Source of the DNA: an uncultured Actinomycetota bacterium
GTDB taxonomy: Bacteria; Actinomycetota; Actinomycetes; CAWDCV01
Length of the DNA stretch: 64,000 nt
Assembly: GCA_963728125.1 (NCBI GenBank)
Contig: CAVSIZ010000001.1
Location: forward strand, 286,020 to 350,019
Reading direction: 5' to 3'
Shown: one piece after another, positions 14,255 to 24,725 of the stretch
Layout: each line of letters begins with the position of its first letter
Numbering within the stretch: the stretch's first letter is position 1
Notes under the pieces: generated by a model
Told to the model about the DNA's origin: nothing
Databases searched by the model: none
The model's input: only the letters and a program-made list of their open reading frames with translations
Program-made: the position numbers and the translations under genes

Positions 14255-15586
14255 CGATCGACTCCACCCATGACGGGATCCAGGCTCGCCACCGCGACGA
14301 TGACGTCGGCGACCATGCCGCCCTCGCACATCGCGGCGACCGCTTGCAGGTTGGTGAACGACGGGTCGCGGAAGTGCACGCGGTACGGCCGGGTGCCGCC
14401 ATCGCTGACGACGTGCGCGGCGAGCTCACCGCGCGGCGACTCGATCGCGACGTACACCTGACCCGGTGGAACGCGGAAGCCCTCGGTCACCAGCTTGAAG
14501 TGGTGAATGAGCGCTTCCATCGACTCGCCCATGATGTGCCGGATGTGGTCGAGGGAGTTGCCCAGCCCGTCGCCGCCGAGTGCGAGCTGCGACGGCCAGG
14601 CGATCTTCTTGTCGGCCACCATGACCGGGCCCGGCTTCAGCCGGTCGAGGCACTGCTCGACGATCTTCAGCGACTCCTTCATCTCCTGGATGCGCTGCAG
14701 ATATCGGCCGTACGCGTCGCAGGTCGTCGTCGTCGCGACGTCGAACTCGTACGTCTCGTACCCGCAGTAGGGCTGCGTCTTGCGCAGGTCCCACGGCAGG
14801 CCGGTCGAGCGCAGCACCGGGCCGGTGAGGCCGAGCGCCATGCAGCCGGTGAGGTCGAGGTAGCCGATGCCCTCCGTACGTCCCTTGAAGATGGGGTTTT
14901 GGTTGAGCAGGTCTTCGTAGTCCTTGATGCGGCCCGGCATCACCTCGAGGAACTCGCGCAGCTTCTCCATCGCATCCGGTGGCAGGTCCTGCGCGATGCC
15001 GCCGGGCCGGATGAACGCGTGGTTCATGCGCAGCCCGGTGATGAGCTCGAACAGGTTGAGTACGAGCTCGCGCTCGCGGAATCCGAACGTCATCACCGTG
15101 AGCGCGCCGATCTCCATGCCACCGGTCGCGATCGCGACGAGGTGGGAGGAGATGCGGTTGAGCTCCATCAGCATGACGCGGATGATCGTCGCCCGCTCCG
15201 GCACCTCGTCGGTGATGCCGAGCAGCTTCTCGACCGCGAGGCAGTAGGCGGCCTCGTTGTAGAACGGCGACAGGTAGTCCATGCGGGTGACGAATGTCGT
15301 CCCCTGCGTCCAGGTGCGGTACTCGCAGTTCTTCTCGATGCCGGTGTGCAGGTATCCGATACCGCAGCGCGCCTCGATGACGGTCTCGCCCTCGAGCTCG
15401 AGGATGAGGCGCAGCACGCCGTGCGTCGACGGATGCTGTGGACCCATGTTGACGACGATGCGGTCGGCGGGTGTTTCACCGAGGTCGGCGACGACCTCGT
15501 CCCAGTCGCCGCCCGTCACCGTATAGATCCGGCCTTCGGTCGTCTCGCGCTCGTCTCGCCTCGTCCTCGCACGGTGCGTCGGTCAT
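14251..15586 (-). CDS. nuoD: NADH-quinone oxidoreductase subunit D (likely start ATG 15586 with +1 frameshift near 15557; in-frame ORF from 15519)
   Basis: [39 protein letters not shown]. Confidence 0.96.
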
Positions 15587-16302
15587 GAATAGGCCCTCCG
15601 CTCCTCCGGCGGTGGAATCTCGGCGCCCTTGTATTCCACGGGGATGCCGCCGAGGGGGTAGTCCTTGCGCTGCGGGTGTCCCGGCCAGTCGTCGGGCATC
15701 TCGATGCGCGTCAGCGCCGGGTGCCCATCGAAGACGATGCCGAAGAAGTCCCAGGTCTCCCGCTCATGCCAGTCAGCCGTCGGATACACGGCGAACACCG
15801 ACGGGATGTGCGGGTCGGCGTCAGGCGCGGCAACCTCGAGCCGGATTCGCCGGTTGTGCGTGATCGATGTCAGGTGGTAGACGGCGTGCAGCTCGCGCCC
15901 GGTCTCCTCGGGGAAGTGCACGCCGCTGACGCCGCTGCACAGCTCGAACCGAAGGCTCGGCTCGTCGCGCAGCGCGCGAGCCACGTCGACGATGCGTTCG
16001 CGCACGACGTAGAAGGTGAGTTCACCGCGGTCGACAACGACGGCCTCGATCGCGGAGTCGAAGCCACCCTCGAGCGCACTGCCGAGGTCGTCGGCAACGC
16101 TGTCGAACCAACCGCCGTACGGGCGGGGAGTCGCCGGCGGCATGATGACGCGACGCACGAGCCCGCCGTAGCCAGAAGTGTCGCCGGTGCCGTGGACGCC
16201 GAACATGCCCTCGCGGACCTCGACGACCTCGGCCTCGCCCGGTACCGGAACGGCGATGGCGTCCTCGTTGCCCGAGGAGATCTTGTCGGGGAGGGTGGTC
16301 AC
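15583..16302 (-). CDS. nuoC: NADH-quinone oxidoreductase subunit C
   Basis: [28 protein letters not shown]. Confidence 0.96.
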   Translation of the reverse strand: MTTLPDKISSGNEDAIAVPVPGEAEVVEVREGMFGVHGTGDTSGYGGLVRRVIMPPATPRPYGGWFDSVADDLGSALEGGFDSAIEAVVVDRGELTFYVVRERIVDVARALRDEPSLRFELCSGVSGVHFPEETGRELHAVYHLTSITHNRRIRLEVAAPDADPHIPSVFAVYPTADWHERETWDFFGIVFDGHPALTRIEMPDDWPGHPQRKDYPLGGIPVEYKGAEIPPPEERRAYS

Positions 16303-16854
16303 CGGAGCAGGCCCCTCATCTCAGCGGTGGTAAGAGCCGCCAGCGCCTCGCGCTCCTGCTCCTCTTCGAACTTCACGCGGTGCGGGCCAAGCTTCTCGTG
16401 CTGGATCTTGTCATGCAGCTTGAGGATCGCGTCGATCAGCATCTCCGGGCGTGGCGGGCAGCCCGGCAGGTAGATGTCGACCGGGCACGACGTGGTCGAC
16501 GCCCTGGACGATCGCGTAGTTGTTGAACATGCCGCCGCTGGACGCGCACACGCCCATCGACAGCACCCACTTCGGCGCGGCCATCTGGTCGTAGATGGTG
16601 CGCAGGACCGGCGCCATCTTCTGGCTCACCCGGCCCGCGACGATCATCAGGTCGGCCTGCCGCGGCGACGCGCGGAACACCTCCATGCCGAAGCGCGCGA
16701 GGTCGTAGCGCGGGCCGCCGGCGGTCATCATCTCGATGGCGCAGCACGCCAGTCCGAACGTCGCCGGCCACAGCGACCCGCGGCGGAAGTAGCCGACGAG
16801 CGTCTCGACCGTCGACAGCAGGACGCCGCTCGGCAGTTTTTCCTCGATACCCAT
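16299..16854 (-). CDS. nuoB: NADH-quinone oxidoreductase subunit B (apparent +1 frameshift near 16484)
   Basis: [19 protein letters not shown]; after removing one base it reads [17 protein letters not shown]...RGLLR-stop, overlapping the nuoC GTG. Confidence 0.95.
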
Positions 16855-16863
16855 GGCGTGCCC

Positions 16864-17223
16864 CTAGTCCCAGTCGAGCCCGCCGCGCCGCCAGACGTAG
16901 GCGTACGCAACGAAGACGGCGAGGATGAACAGGACCATCTCCACCAGACCGAACAGGCCGAGCGCGTCGAAGGTGACGGCCCACGGGTAGAGGAAGATGA
17001 TCTCGATGTCGAAGATGATGAAGAGCATTGCGGTCAGGTAGTAGCGGATCGGGAACCGCCCGCCGCCAATCGGCTGTGGCGTCGGCTCGATACCGCACTC
17101 GTACGCGTCGAGCTTGGCGCGGTTGTAGCGCTTCGGCCCGGTGAGGGCGCCGGCGGCAACGGAGAAGACCGCGAAGCCAGCCCCGATGAGGCCGAGAACG
17201 AGGATCGGTACGTAGGGGTTCAT
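16864..17223 (-). CDS. nuoA: NADH-quinone oxidoreductase subunit A
   Basis: YECGIEP, FIIFDIEIIFLYPWA, RRGGLDWD. Confidence 0.97.
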   Translation of the reverse strand: MNPYVPILVLGLIGAGFAVFSVAAGALTGPKRYNRAKLDAYECGIEPTPQPIGGGRFPIRYYLTAMLFIIFDIEIIFLYPWAVTFDALGLFGLVEMVLFILAVFVAYAYVWRRGGLDWD

Positions 17224-17314
17224 GCTGATCTGGTCCCCTCTGTCCCTGATTGCGCAGGCGTGGGCGTGCTCATCGTAGTGAGGCTCGTGCCACTGATTCT
17301 GGGGCTGCCTCTAG

Positions 17315-18631
17315 TCATGCGGCAGGCGCCAGTCGGGAGAGTGCGTTGATGGTGCGATCCATGGCGTCGCCCCCATGCGGATCGGTCAGGTTGGCGAGCA
17401 GCTTCAGCGTGAAGCGCATGAGCATCGGGTGCGGCAGGCCGTGCCGCGTGGCGAGCTTCATGACCTCGGGATGGCCGATGAGCTTCACGAAGACTCGGCC
17501 GAGGGTGTAGTAGCCGCCGTACGCCTGCTTCAGAGCCCGGGGGTACGCCTGCAGGGCCTTCTCGCGAGCGTCGTCGGTGTTTCGTGCGAGGGCCTGGGCG
17601 ATCACGTCGGCCGCGAGCTCGCCGGACTCCATGGCGTAGGCGATGCCCTCGCCGTTGAAGGGATTGACCATGCCGCCGGCGTCGCCGACGAGCAGCACGC
17701 CGCGGGTGTAGTGGGGAGTGCGGTTGAAGCCCATCGGTAGCGCTGCACCGCGGATTGGAGCGGTGCGGTTTTCTTCGCGGTAGCCCCACTCCTCCGGCGT
17801 GCTGTCGAGCCAGCGTCGCAGCAGCGCGCGGTAGTCGGTGCTGCCGAACGCCGAGCTGGTGTTGAGGATGCCGAGCCCGACATTGGACGTACCGTCGCCG
17901 ACGCCGAAGATCCAGCCGTACCCGGGCAGCAGGTTGTCGTTGGCGTTGCCGTTGCCTTTGCCCCAGAGCTCCAGCCACGACTCGAGCCAGTCGTCCTCGT
18001 GCCGAGGGCTGCGGTAGTAGGTGCGGACGGCGACGCCCATCGGCCGGTCGTCGCGCTTTTGCAGCCCGATGCCGAGGGACAACCGGGAGCTGTTGCCGTC
18101 GGCGGCAACGATGAGGGGGGCGCGGTAGGTGGCATTCCCGCTCGTTGTCACGCCCGTGACGCGGCCCGTGCGCTCGTCGATGACCGGGGCGGTGACGGTG
18201 GTGTTCTCGTGAAGGCGGACGCCTGCCTTCTGCGCGTGTCGGGCGAGCACCTCGTCGAAGTCGGCGCGCGGCCTGACGAGTCCGTACGAGGGGTAAGCAG
18301 CGAGATCTGGCCAGGGCAGCTGCAGCCGCATTCCGCCGCCGAGGATGCGCAGGCCATGGTTGCGGATCCAGCCGTCCTCTGGCCGGGTGTCGATGCCCAT
18401 GCTGACCAGGCACTTCACTGCGCGCGGCGTGAGGCCGTCGCCGCACACCTTCTCGCGGGGAAACGCCGACTTTTCCAGGACCAGCACGTCGAGACCGGCC
18501 TGGGCCAGGTGGTACGCGGTGGTCGAGCCAGCAGGGCCGGCGCCGACGACGATGACATCGGCGTCGCGGTCGCGGTGGCGGTCATCAGGCGACGTCGACG
18601 CCGGCATCGCTGCAGCCGGATCTGCGGGCAT
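17315..18631 (-). CDS. menJ: Geranylgeranyl reductase family FAD protein; likely menaquinone side-chain reductase MenJ
   Basis: VGAGPAG, FPREKVCGDGL, GYGWIF, LVGDAGGMVNPFNGEGI; position between menG and nuoA. Confidence 0.85.
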   Translation of the reverse strand: MPADPAAAMPASTSPDDRHRDRDADVIVVGAGPAGSTTAYHLAQAGLDVLVLEKSAFPREKVCGDGLTPRAVKCLVSMGIDTRPEDGWIRNHGLRILGGGMRLQLPWPDLAAYPSYGLVRPRADFDEVLARHAQKAGVRLHENTTVTAPVIDERTGRVTGVTTSGNATYRAPLIVAADGNSSRLSLGIGLQKRDDRPMGVAVRTYYRSPRHEDDWLESWLELWGKGNGNANDNLLPGYGWIFGVGDGTSNVGLGILNTSSAFGSTDYRALLRRWLDSTPEEWGYREENRTAPIRGAALPMGFNRTPHYTRGVLLVGDAGGMVNPFNGEGIAYAMESGELAADVIAQALARNTDDAREKALQAYPRALKQAYGGYYTLGRVFVKLIGHPEVMKLATRHGLPHPMLMRFTLKLLANLTDPHGGDAMDRTINALSRLAPAA

Positions 18632-18676
18632 GTGGTCGTCCCCACTTACTCGGTGTCCTGCGGTGCTCTTGCGCGC

Positions 18677-18694
18677 TTGTGAATTCCTTCACGA
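18677..18694. promoter_or_regulatory. Rex operator (ROP) upstream of menJ-nuo operon
   Basis: TTGTGAA-TTCC-TTCACGA, one mismatch to TTGTGAA-N4-TTCACAA; a minus-strand -10 TAGACT lies at 18710-18715. Confidence 0.85.
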
Positions 18695-19065
18695 GCTCCT
18701 ACTCGCAGGAGTCTAGGGCTTTCTCAGCCGCTGCGCCGCACGAGCCGAGCGCCACCTCTACGGCGCGCCGCCAACGATCAAGCATGGGCGAGGATCCCGC
18801 ACACTCGGGCCTGCACGAATGCGACGCGGACCAGGACGTGGACGCTCTGCAGGTCTGGGCAGCCGTTTTCGTGCTGCACAGCGTCCACAACCTCATCACG
18901 ACACGTCCAGAACGCGATCGCCGAGCCGAGAATCGACGTCAAAGTGCGGCTTCTGGCGAGCAGGACGGGATCCGAACGCCAACGGACCCGGTGCGGGCTG
19001 CTTCAGCACGGCGCCGCGCGGCCCGCCGAATCGGTCAGACGTCCCGCGCACCCCACCGAGCACAG

Positions 19066-19105
19066 CGAAGCGCCCCGCCGATCCAGAGGATCGCGGGGCG
19101 CTTCG
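19066..19105 (-). terminator. GC-rich hairpin downstream of csbD
   Basis: CGAAGCGCCCCGCCGATCC-AGA-GGATCGCGGGGCGCTTCG, 18-bp stem with one bulge. Confidence 0.75.
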
Positions 19106-19118
19106 AGATCAGCTGACG

Positions 19119-19292
19119 CTAGTTCTTGAACGCGTCCTTGACCTTCTCGCCGGCCTGCTTGATGTCGGCCTTGGCCTGGTCGCCGCGACCCTGCGCCTCG
19201 AGCTCCTCGTCGCCGGTCGCCTGGCCGATCTTTTCCTTGGCCTGGCCGCCAATGTCCTCGATCTTGTTGTTGACCTTGTCCTGGTCACCCAT
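19119..19292 (-). CDS. csbD: CsbD-family general stress protein (57 aa, not in ORF track)
   Basis: MGDQDKVNNKIEDIGGQAKEKIGQATGDEELEAQGRGDQAKADIKQAGEKVKDAFKN; RBS AGAGGAG. Confidence 0.92.
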   Translation of the reverse strand: MGDQDKVNNKIEDIGGQAKEKIGQATGDEELEAQGRGDQAKADIKQAGEKVKDAFKN

Positions 19293-19359
19293 CGGGGTGT
19301 CTCCTCTCGGCGCGAACTACCACGCTGTCACTGACAAGCCTTCCCACGCCGCGCCGGCC

Positions 19360-20052
19360 TCACACCCGAATCGCGCGATGGAGCGCCACGATCCCGCCGG
19401 ACAGGTTGCGCCAGGCCACCTGCCGCCAGCCGGCCTGCTGGATCCGCGCGGCGAGGGCGGGCTGGTCGGGCCAGGCGCGGATCGACTCGGCCAGGTAGAC
19501 GTAGGCGTCCGGGTCGCTCGACACGGTCCGCGCGACCTGCGGCAGCGCGCGCATCAGGTATTCCACGTAGACCGTGCGCCACGGACCCCACGTCGGCGAG
19601 CTGAACTCGCAGATCAGCAGCCGACCCCCTACCCGCGTGACCCGATGCAGCTCCCGCAGCGCCACGTCGACCGAAGCCACGTTCCGTAGCCCAAAGGACA
19701 TCGTCACCGCGTCGAAGGCCCCGGACGCAAAGGGCAGCCGCAACGCATCACCCGCCACAAAAGCCATGTCCGGTCTACGACGCTTGCCCACCGCGAGCAT
19801 GCCCAGCGAGAAATCGCACGGCACCACGAACGCGCCTGCAGCCTCGAACGGCTCGGCTGACGTCCCCGTCCCTGCCGCGAGGTCCAGCACGCGCTCCCCC
19901 GGGCGTGCCCCCATCGCGCGTACGACGGCCCGTCGCCACAGCCGGTCCTGCCCGAGCGATAGCACGTCGTTGGTGAGGTCGTAGCGCGCCGCGACGTCGT
20001 CGAACATCGCCGCGACCTCATGCGGCTGCTTGTCCAGCGTTGCTCGGCTCAT
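19360..20052 (-). CDS. menG: Demethylmenaquinone methyltransferase (MenG/UbiE)
   Basis: [47 protein letters not shown]. Confidence 0.95.
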   Translation of the reverse strand: MSRATLDKQPHEVAAMFDDVAARYDLTNDVLSLGQDRLWRRAVVRAMGARPGERVLDLAAGTGTSAEPFEAAGAFVVPCDFSLGMLAVGKRRRPDMAFVAGDALRLPFASGAFDAVTMSFGLRNVASVDVALRELHRVTRVGGRLLICEFSSPTWGPWRTVYVEYLMRALPQVARTVSSDPDAYVYLAESIRAWPDQPALAARIQQAGWRQVAWRNLSGGIVALHRAIRV

Positions 20053-20059
20053 GAAGACC

Positions 20060-21529
20060 TCACAGCTCGAGCTCGACCCCACTGCTCAGCAGCGTGTCGT
20101 GGAACTCCAGGTGTACCGGCTGGGCGCCTGCAGGAATGTCGAACACCATGGTCCCCTGCACGGAGGCACCCGGGTCGACCGACTCCCACAGGTTGCCCTG
20201 CTCCAGGAACCACCGAGCCGCGACGTCAGCGTTGTGCCGCTCTCCTGCCGAGTCGTGCAATGCCACCTGCCACTCGTTCAGCTGCCGGGACTCCCGGCCG
20301 ATGTTGCGCACCTCGACCGGAATGAGGCAGTACGCCCCATCGGCCTCCCGGAGGAAGCCGGGCCGGCCGATACTGGGCACGTCGCACTCGACGCTCTGCA
20401 CAACGAACTCCAGTTGGCCATCGCGCACGGGGACGCCGGGGCCGGAGGTGGGCGTCGGCGTGGGGGTCGCGCTGGGTGCCGCCCCGGCACCGGGCCCAGC
20501 CTGCTGCGCTTGGCGGTCGTCCCAGGCACCGAGCAGCACGATCAGCACCGCGACCAGCGCGACGGGCACCAGCACGCGTGGCCGGCGCCACCACCGACGG
20601 CGCCGGGGCGGCGCCATCAGGCTGGTGAGCACCCGAGTGGGCGGGTTCCACGTCCGCTGCAACACCTGGGTGGCGGCCCGCGCCGGGTCGACCATCGTGG
20701 GTACGCCGGTCGCCGGCCCGAGCAGCGCCAGGAGCAGTGCCTGGGCCGACGGCCGCTGCCGCGGATCGCGGGACAGCGCTGCGGCGACGTGTCGCACCAG
20801 CGGCTGCGGAATCCCGTCCAGCCGAGGCTGTCCGTGCAAGGCGGCGTACGCCTGCTGGTCGGAGCCCTCCCCGAACGGATGGCGACCCGTCGCGGCGTAC
20901 GCGACCAGGAGTCCCCACGCGAAGACGTCCGCTGCCGGCGTGACCGGGTGCCCCGCAAGAATCTCGGGGGCGAGCCAGCCGGGACTGCCGAGCACCATGC
21001 CGGCCGCCGTGTGCACCGACGTGGCGTCCACCGCCCGCGCGATGCCGAAGTCGATCACGCGCGGACCGGTCGCCGACAGCAGCACGTTCGCCGGCTTGAG
21101 ATCACGATGCACCAGGCCGGCAGCATGAATTGCAGTCAGCGCGGTCGCGATCCCGACCGCCACGCCGTCGAGCGTTGATCCGGTCAGAGGTCCGCCATCG
21201 CGGACGGCCTGGTCGAGCGGCACGCCCTCGACGTACTCCGTGACCAGCCACGGCGGTACGGCGGTGGGCGCCGCGTCCAGGACCGGAGCCGTGCAGAACG
21301 GCGCGACCCGGCGCGCGGCACGCATCTCGTCGGCGAATCGCGCGACGAACGCGGGGTCGGCGGCAAGCTCACGGCGCAGCACCTTGATCGCGACCAGTCG
21401 CCCGTCCGGTGCCCGCCCGAGGTGGACCGTCCCCATGCCGCCCGCGCCGAGCCGGCCCAGGACGGCGTACGGCCCGATCGTGGCCGGGTCGCCAGGAGCC
21501 GAGGCGGCGATGCGCTGGGTCGTCAGCAC
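20060..21529 (-). CDS. Membrane Ser/Thr protein kinase with C-terminal DUF4352-like extracellular domain
   Basis: [26 protein letters not shown] intact; one TM helix; PT linker; C-terminal VRDGQLEF...VFDIP beta-sandwich pattern. Confidence 0.88.
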   Translation of the reverse strand: MLTTQRIAASAPGDPATIGPYAVLGRLGAGGMGTVHLGRAPDGRLVAIKVLRRELAADPAFVARFADEMRAARRVAPFCTAPVLDAAPTAVPPWLVTEYVEGVPLDQAVRDGGPLTGSTLDGVAVGIATALTAIHAAGLVHRDLKPANVLLSATGPRVIDFGIARAVDATSVHTAAGMVLGSPGWLAPEILAGHPVTPAADVFAWGLLVAYAATGRHPFGEGSDQQAYAALHGQPRLDGIPQPLVRHVAAALSRDPRQRPSAQALLLALLGPATGVPTMVDPARAATQVLQRTWNPPTRVLTSLMAPPRRRRWWRRPRVLVPVALVAVLIVLLGAWDDRQAQQAGPGAGAAPSATPTPTPTSGPGVPVRDGQLEFVVQSVECDVPSIGRPGFLREADGAYCLIPVEVRNIGRESRQLNEWQVALHDSAGERHNADVAARWFLEQGNLWESVDPGASVQGTMVFDIPAGAQPVHLEFHDTLLSSGVELEL

Positions 21530-21545
21530 GATGAGGGGATACCCA

Positions 21546-22343
21546 CTACCGGGATTCGCTGAGCGTCGCGGTGAGGCTTGCCTGCGCGCGGCGCATTCCC
21601 CGCAGCCACCGATCGCGATCGCCCGCGCGCTGCTGTTCGAACGTGGCCACCTCCGGATGCGGGAGCACGAGAAAGCGACCGGCCTCCATGGCTTCCACGA
21701 CCGCGTCGGCGACCTGCTCGGGAGTCAGCACCGCGCCCGAGGCGAGGACCGAGGCACCCTCGATCCGGTCGGCGCCGGCCCACAGCAGCTGCGTGTTGAC
21801 ACCCATCGGGCACAGGCAGTGCACCCGGATGCCGGCGTCGCCGTAGGTGATGGAGAGCCACTCGGCGAGCGCGGCGGCGGCATGCTTGGTCGCGGTGTAC
21901 GGCGCGTTGCCGAGATTGGTGAGCAGCCCGGCCGCCGATGCGGTGACCACGAACGTGCCCCCGCCACGCGAGACCATCGAGGGGATGACGAGTCGGGCAG
22001 CAGCAACCACGCCCAGCACGTTGACGTTCCACGCTTCTCGCCACACCTCGTCCGGCGCGTCGACTCCCCCACCGCCACCGACGCCAGCATTCGCGAAGAA
22101 CGCATCGACCGGACCGAGCTCGTGCTCGATGCGGTCCACGGCGTCGGCCAGCGCTGCAGCGTCGGCGACATCGAGTCGAAGCGCTAGGCCGCCAATCTCC
22201 GTGGCCACCTTCACGGCGGCTTCGCCGTCACGATCCAGGACCGCCACCCGGGCGCCGTCGGCCGCCATCCGGCGTGCGAGTGCCGCCCCGATCCCGTTTC
22301 CCCCACCGGTGATCGCGACGACCGCTTCACGTACGCGACTCAC
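21546..22343 (-). CDS. Short-chain dehydrogenase/reductase
   Basis: TGGGNGIG, NAG, YTATKH catalytic motif. Confidence 0.9.
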   Translation of the reverse strand: MSRVREAVVAITGGGNGIGAALARRMAADGARVAVLDRDGEAAVKVATEIGGLALRLDVADAAALADAVDRIEHELGPVDAFFANAGVGGGGGVDAPDEVWREAWNVNVLGVVAAARLVIPSMVSRGGGTFVVTASAAGLLTNLGNAPYTATKHAAAALAEWLSITYGDAGIRVHCLCPMGVNTQLLWAGADRIEGASVLASGAVLTPEQVADAVVEAMEAGRFLVLPHPEVATFEQQRAGDRDRWLRGMRRAQASLTATLSESR

Positions 22344-22431
22344 GAGTCCGAGCGTAGGCGCCCGCCGGGCGGCGCGTTCTCTTGGTGCCGGCCATTGGTG
22401 CAGAAATGCCGCTGTGACGGATCATTGACGC

Positions 22432-23436
22432 GTGACCAATCCCGGGGCCGCGTCAGGCGCAGTCGTCGACGTCGACCTGCTGATCGTCGGCGCCGGCCCA
22501 ACCGGCCTCTACGCGGCCTACTACGCCGGCTTCCGCGGCCTGTCCACCGCGCTCATGGACTCGCTGCCCGAGCCGGGCGGGCAGATCACCGCGCTCTATC
22601 CCGAAAAGCTGATCTTCGACGTGGCCGGCTTTCCGGAGATCCGCGGCCGCGAGCTGGTGGACAACTTGGTCAAGCAGGTCGAGCCGTTCGACCCGACGTA
22701 CCTGTTGGGACACACCGCCTCAACGCTCGATCGGCGCGGCGACGAGTCACTGGTGATCACCTCCGCCGAGGGTGTCGCGGTTCACGCGCGGGCAGTGATC
22801 ATCACCGGCGGCATTGGCACCTTCTCGCCGCGGCCGCTGCCCGTGGGCGAGGAGTACCTCGGGCGCGGGCTCAGTTACTTCGTGCCTCGGCTCGGGGTGT
22901 ACGAGGACCTCGACGTGATCGTCGTCGGCGGCGGCGACAGCGCGTTCGACTGGGCCTTCAACCTTCACCCGATCGCGCGCTCGATCCGCATCGTGCACCG
23001 CCGGGACCGGTTTCGTGCCCACGAGGGCACGGTGCGCGCGGTGGCCGCCCTTGGCATCCCGGTGGATGTATTCACCGAGGTCGAGGCACTGCACGGCACC
23101 GACAGCGTCGAGGCGGTGGAACTGCGGCACAAGCCCACGGGTGACATCCGCCGGATCGAGGCGCAAGGCGTCATCGCGGCGCTCGGCTTCACCGCCGACC
23201 TCGGGCCGCTGATGGGCTGGGGATTGCACATCGAACGCAAGCAGGTTCTCGTCGACACCCGCATGCATACGAATGTGCCGCGCATCTTCGCGGCGGGCGA
23301 CATCACGGAGTACCCGGGCAAGGTGCGCCTCATTTCGGTGGGCTTCGGGGAGGCGGCGGTCGCGGTGAACAATGCCGCTGTCGTCATCGATCCCGCGGCG
23401 CATCTGTTCCCAGGTCACTCCTCCGAGCCCGGATAG
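22432..23436 (+). CDS. Ferredoxin-NADP+ reductase (YumC/TrxB-like FAD oxidoreductase)
   Basis: GAGPTG, GGQITALYPEKLIFDVAG, GGGDSA, HRR, C-terminal PGHSS; no CxxC. Confidence 0.85.
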   Translation: MTNPGAASGAVVDVDLLIVGAGPTGLYAAYYAGFRGLSTALMDSLPEPGGQITALYPEKLIFDVAGFPEIRGRELVDNLVKQVEPFDPTYLLGHTASTLDRRGDESLVITSAEGVAVHARAVIITGGIGTFSPRPLPVGEEYLGRGLSYFVPRLGVYEDLDVIVVGGGDSAFDWAFNLHPIARSIRIVHRRDRFRAHEGTVRAVAALGIPVDVFTEVEALHGTDSVEAVELRHKPTGDIRRIEAQGVIAALGFTADLGPLMGWGLHIERKQVLVDTRMHTNVPRIFAAGDITEYPGKVRLISVGFGEAAVAVNNAAVVIDPAAHLFPGHSSEPG

Positions 23437-23486
23437 CCCCGTGCGGGGGAGTCGGCGCCTGCCGACCCCGCCGTACGCTGCCGGCT

Positions 23487-24725
23487 GTGAGCTCCGCGTC
23501 CGTACCGGCCCCGGTGGTCGTCCGCACCGTCGAGGTTCCGGATCCCGACGATCTGGTGCTCCACCTGCCCGACGAGGCACCGCTCGGCTGGATCCGCCAG
23601 GGCGAGGGCCTCGTGGGCTGGGGCGTTGCGGCGTCGATCACGACGTCCGGACCGCAGCGGTTCGCGCAGGCGAACGCGTGGTGGCGGGAGGTGTCTGCCG
23701 GCCTCGTCGTGGACGATCCGGTGGGGCTGCGTGGCACAGGTCCGGTGGCCTTCGGCAGCTTCACCTTCGACGCTCAGCGCGGATCCTCGGTCCTGATCGT
23801 CCCGCAGGTCGTGGTCGGCCGCAGCAAGGGGCGGGCGTGGCTGACGACGGTCGGCGATGCGCCGGTACCGCGACGTCTCGTACCGATGGCGAAACCGACC
23901 GACGTGACGTACACCGAGGGATCGCTGTCCACGGTCGGGTGGGAGAAGGCCGTCGCAAGCGCTGTGGAGCGGATCGGACAGGGCGAGCTCGAGAAGGTCG
24001 TGCTGGCGCGTGACCTCATCGCGAGCGCGGCCGCTCCCATCGATCCACGCTGGCTGCTCGGGCGCCTGGCGTACGGCTATCCGGCGTGCTGGTCGTTCGC
24101 CGTCGACGGGCTGATCGGCGCCACGCCGGAGATGCTCGTCCGGCTGGACAACAGCCTGGTGACGTCCCGGGTGCTCGCGGGAACGATCCGCCGCTCCGGC
24201 GACGACGCCCATGATCTCGCGTTGGCCGCGTCGCTGGCGCGCTCCAGCAAGGATCTGGACGAGCACGAGTACGCCGTCCGGTCGGTGGCCGACGTGCTGG
24301 CCCCACACTGCACGGGCATGAGCGTGCCGGAGAGCCCGTTCGTCCTGCACTTGCCGAACGTCATGCACCTCGCCACCGACGTCGCGGGGGTCCTCGCCGA
24401 CGGGTCGAGCTCGCTGGAGCTGGCCGCCGCCCTGCATCCCACCGCGGCCGTGTGCGGTACGCCACGTGAGGCGGCCCTGCGGGTCATCCGCGACGTCGAG
24501 GAGATGGATCGCGACCGCTACGCCGGACCGGTGGGCTGGATGGACGCGTCCGGTGACGGCGACTGGGGGATCGCGCTGCGCTGCGCACGGATCGATCCCG
24601 CGGACGCGCGCCGGGCGAGGTTGTTCGCCGGATGCGGCATCGTTGCAGGGTCAGATCCCGAAGCGGAGCTCGCGGAATCGCAGGCGAAGTTCGTTCCCAT
24701 GCGGGACGCGCTCTCAGGCAGCTGA
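23487..24725 (+). CDS. menF: Isochorismate synthase
   Basis: EKVVLAR, GATPE, LAGT, LHPTAAVCGTP, YAGPVGW, FAGCGIV; men cluster context. Confidence 0.9.
   Translation: MSSASVPAPVVVRTVEVPDPDDLVLHLPDEAPLGWIRQGEGLVGWGVAASITTSGPQRFAQANAWWREVSAGLVVDDPVGLRGTGPVAFGSFTFDAQRGSSVLIVPQVVVGRSKGRAWLTTVGDAPVPRRLVPMAKPTDVTYTEGSLSTVGWEKAVASAVERIGQGELEKVVLARDLIASAAAPIDPRWLLGRLAYGYPACWSFAVDGLIGATPEMLVRLDNSLVTSRVLAGTIRRSGDDAHDLALAASLARSSKDLDEHEYAVRSVADVLAPHCTGMSVPESPFVLHLPNVMHLATDVAGVLADGSSSLELAAALHPTAAVCGTPREAALRVIRDVEEMDRDRYAGPVGWMDASGDGDWGIALRCARIDPADARRARLFAGCGIVAGSDPEAELAESQAKFVPMRDALSGS

Noticed and set aside
18679-19116. 145-aa plus-strand ORF upstream of menJ
   Set aside because: Starts inside the Rex operator, runs through a terminator hairpin, and has no RBS or domain features
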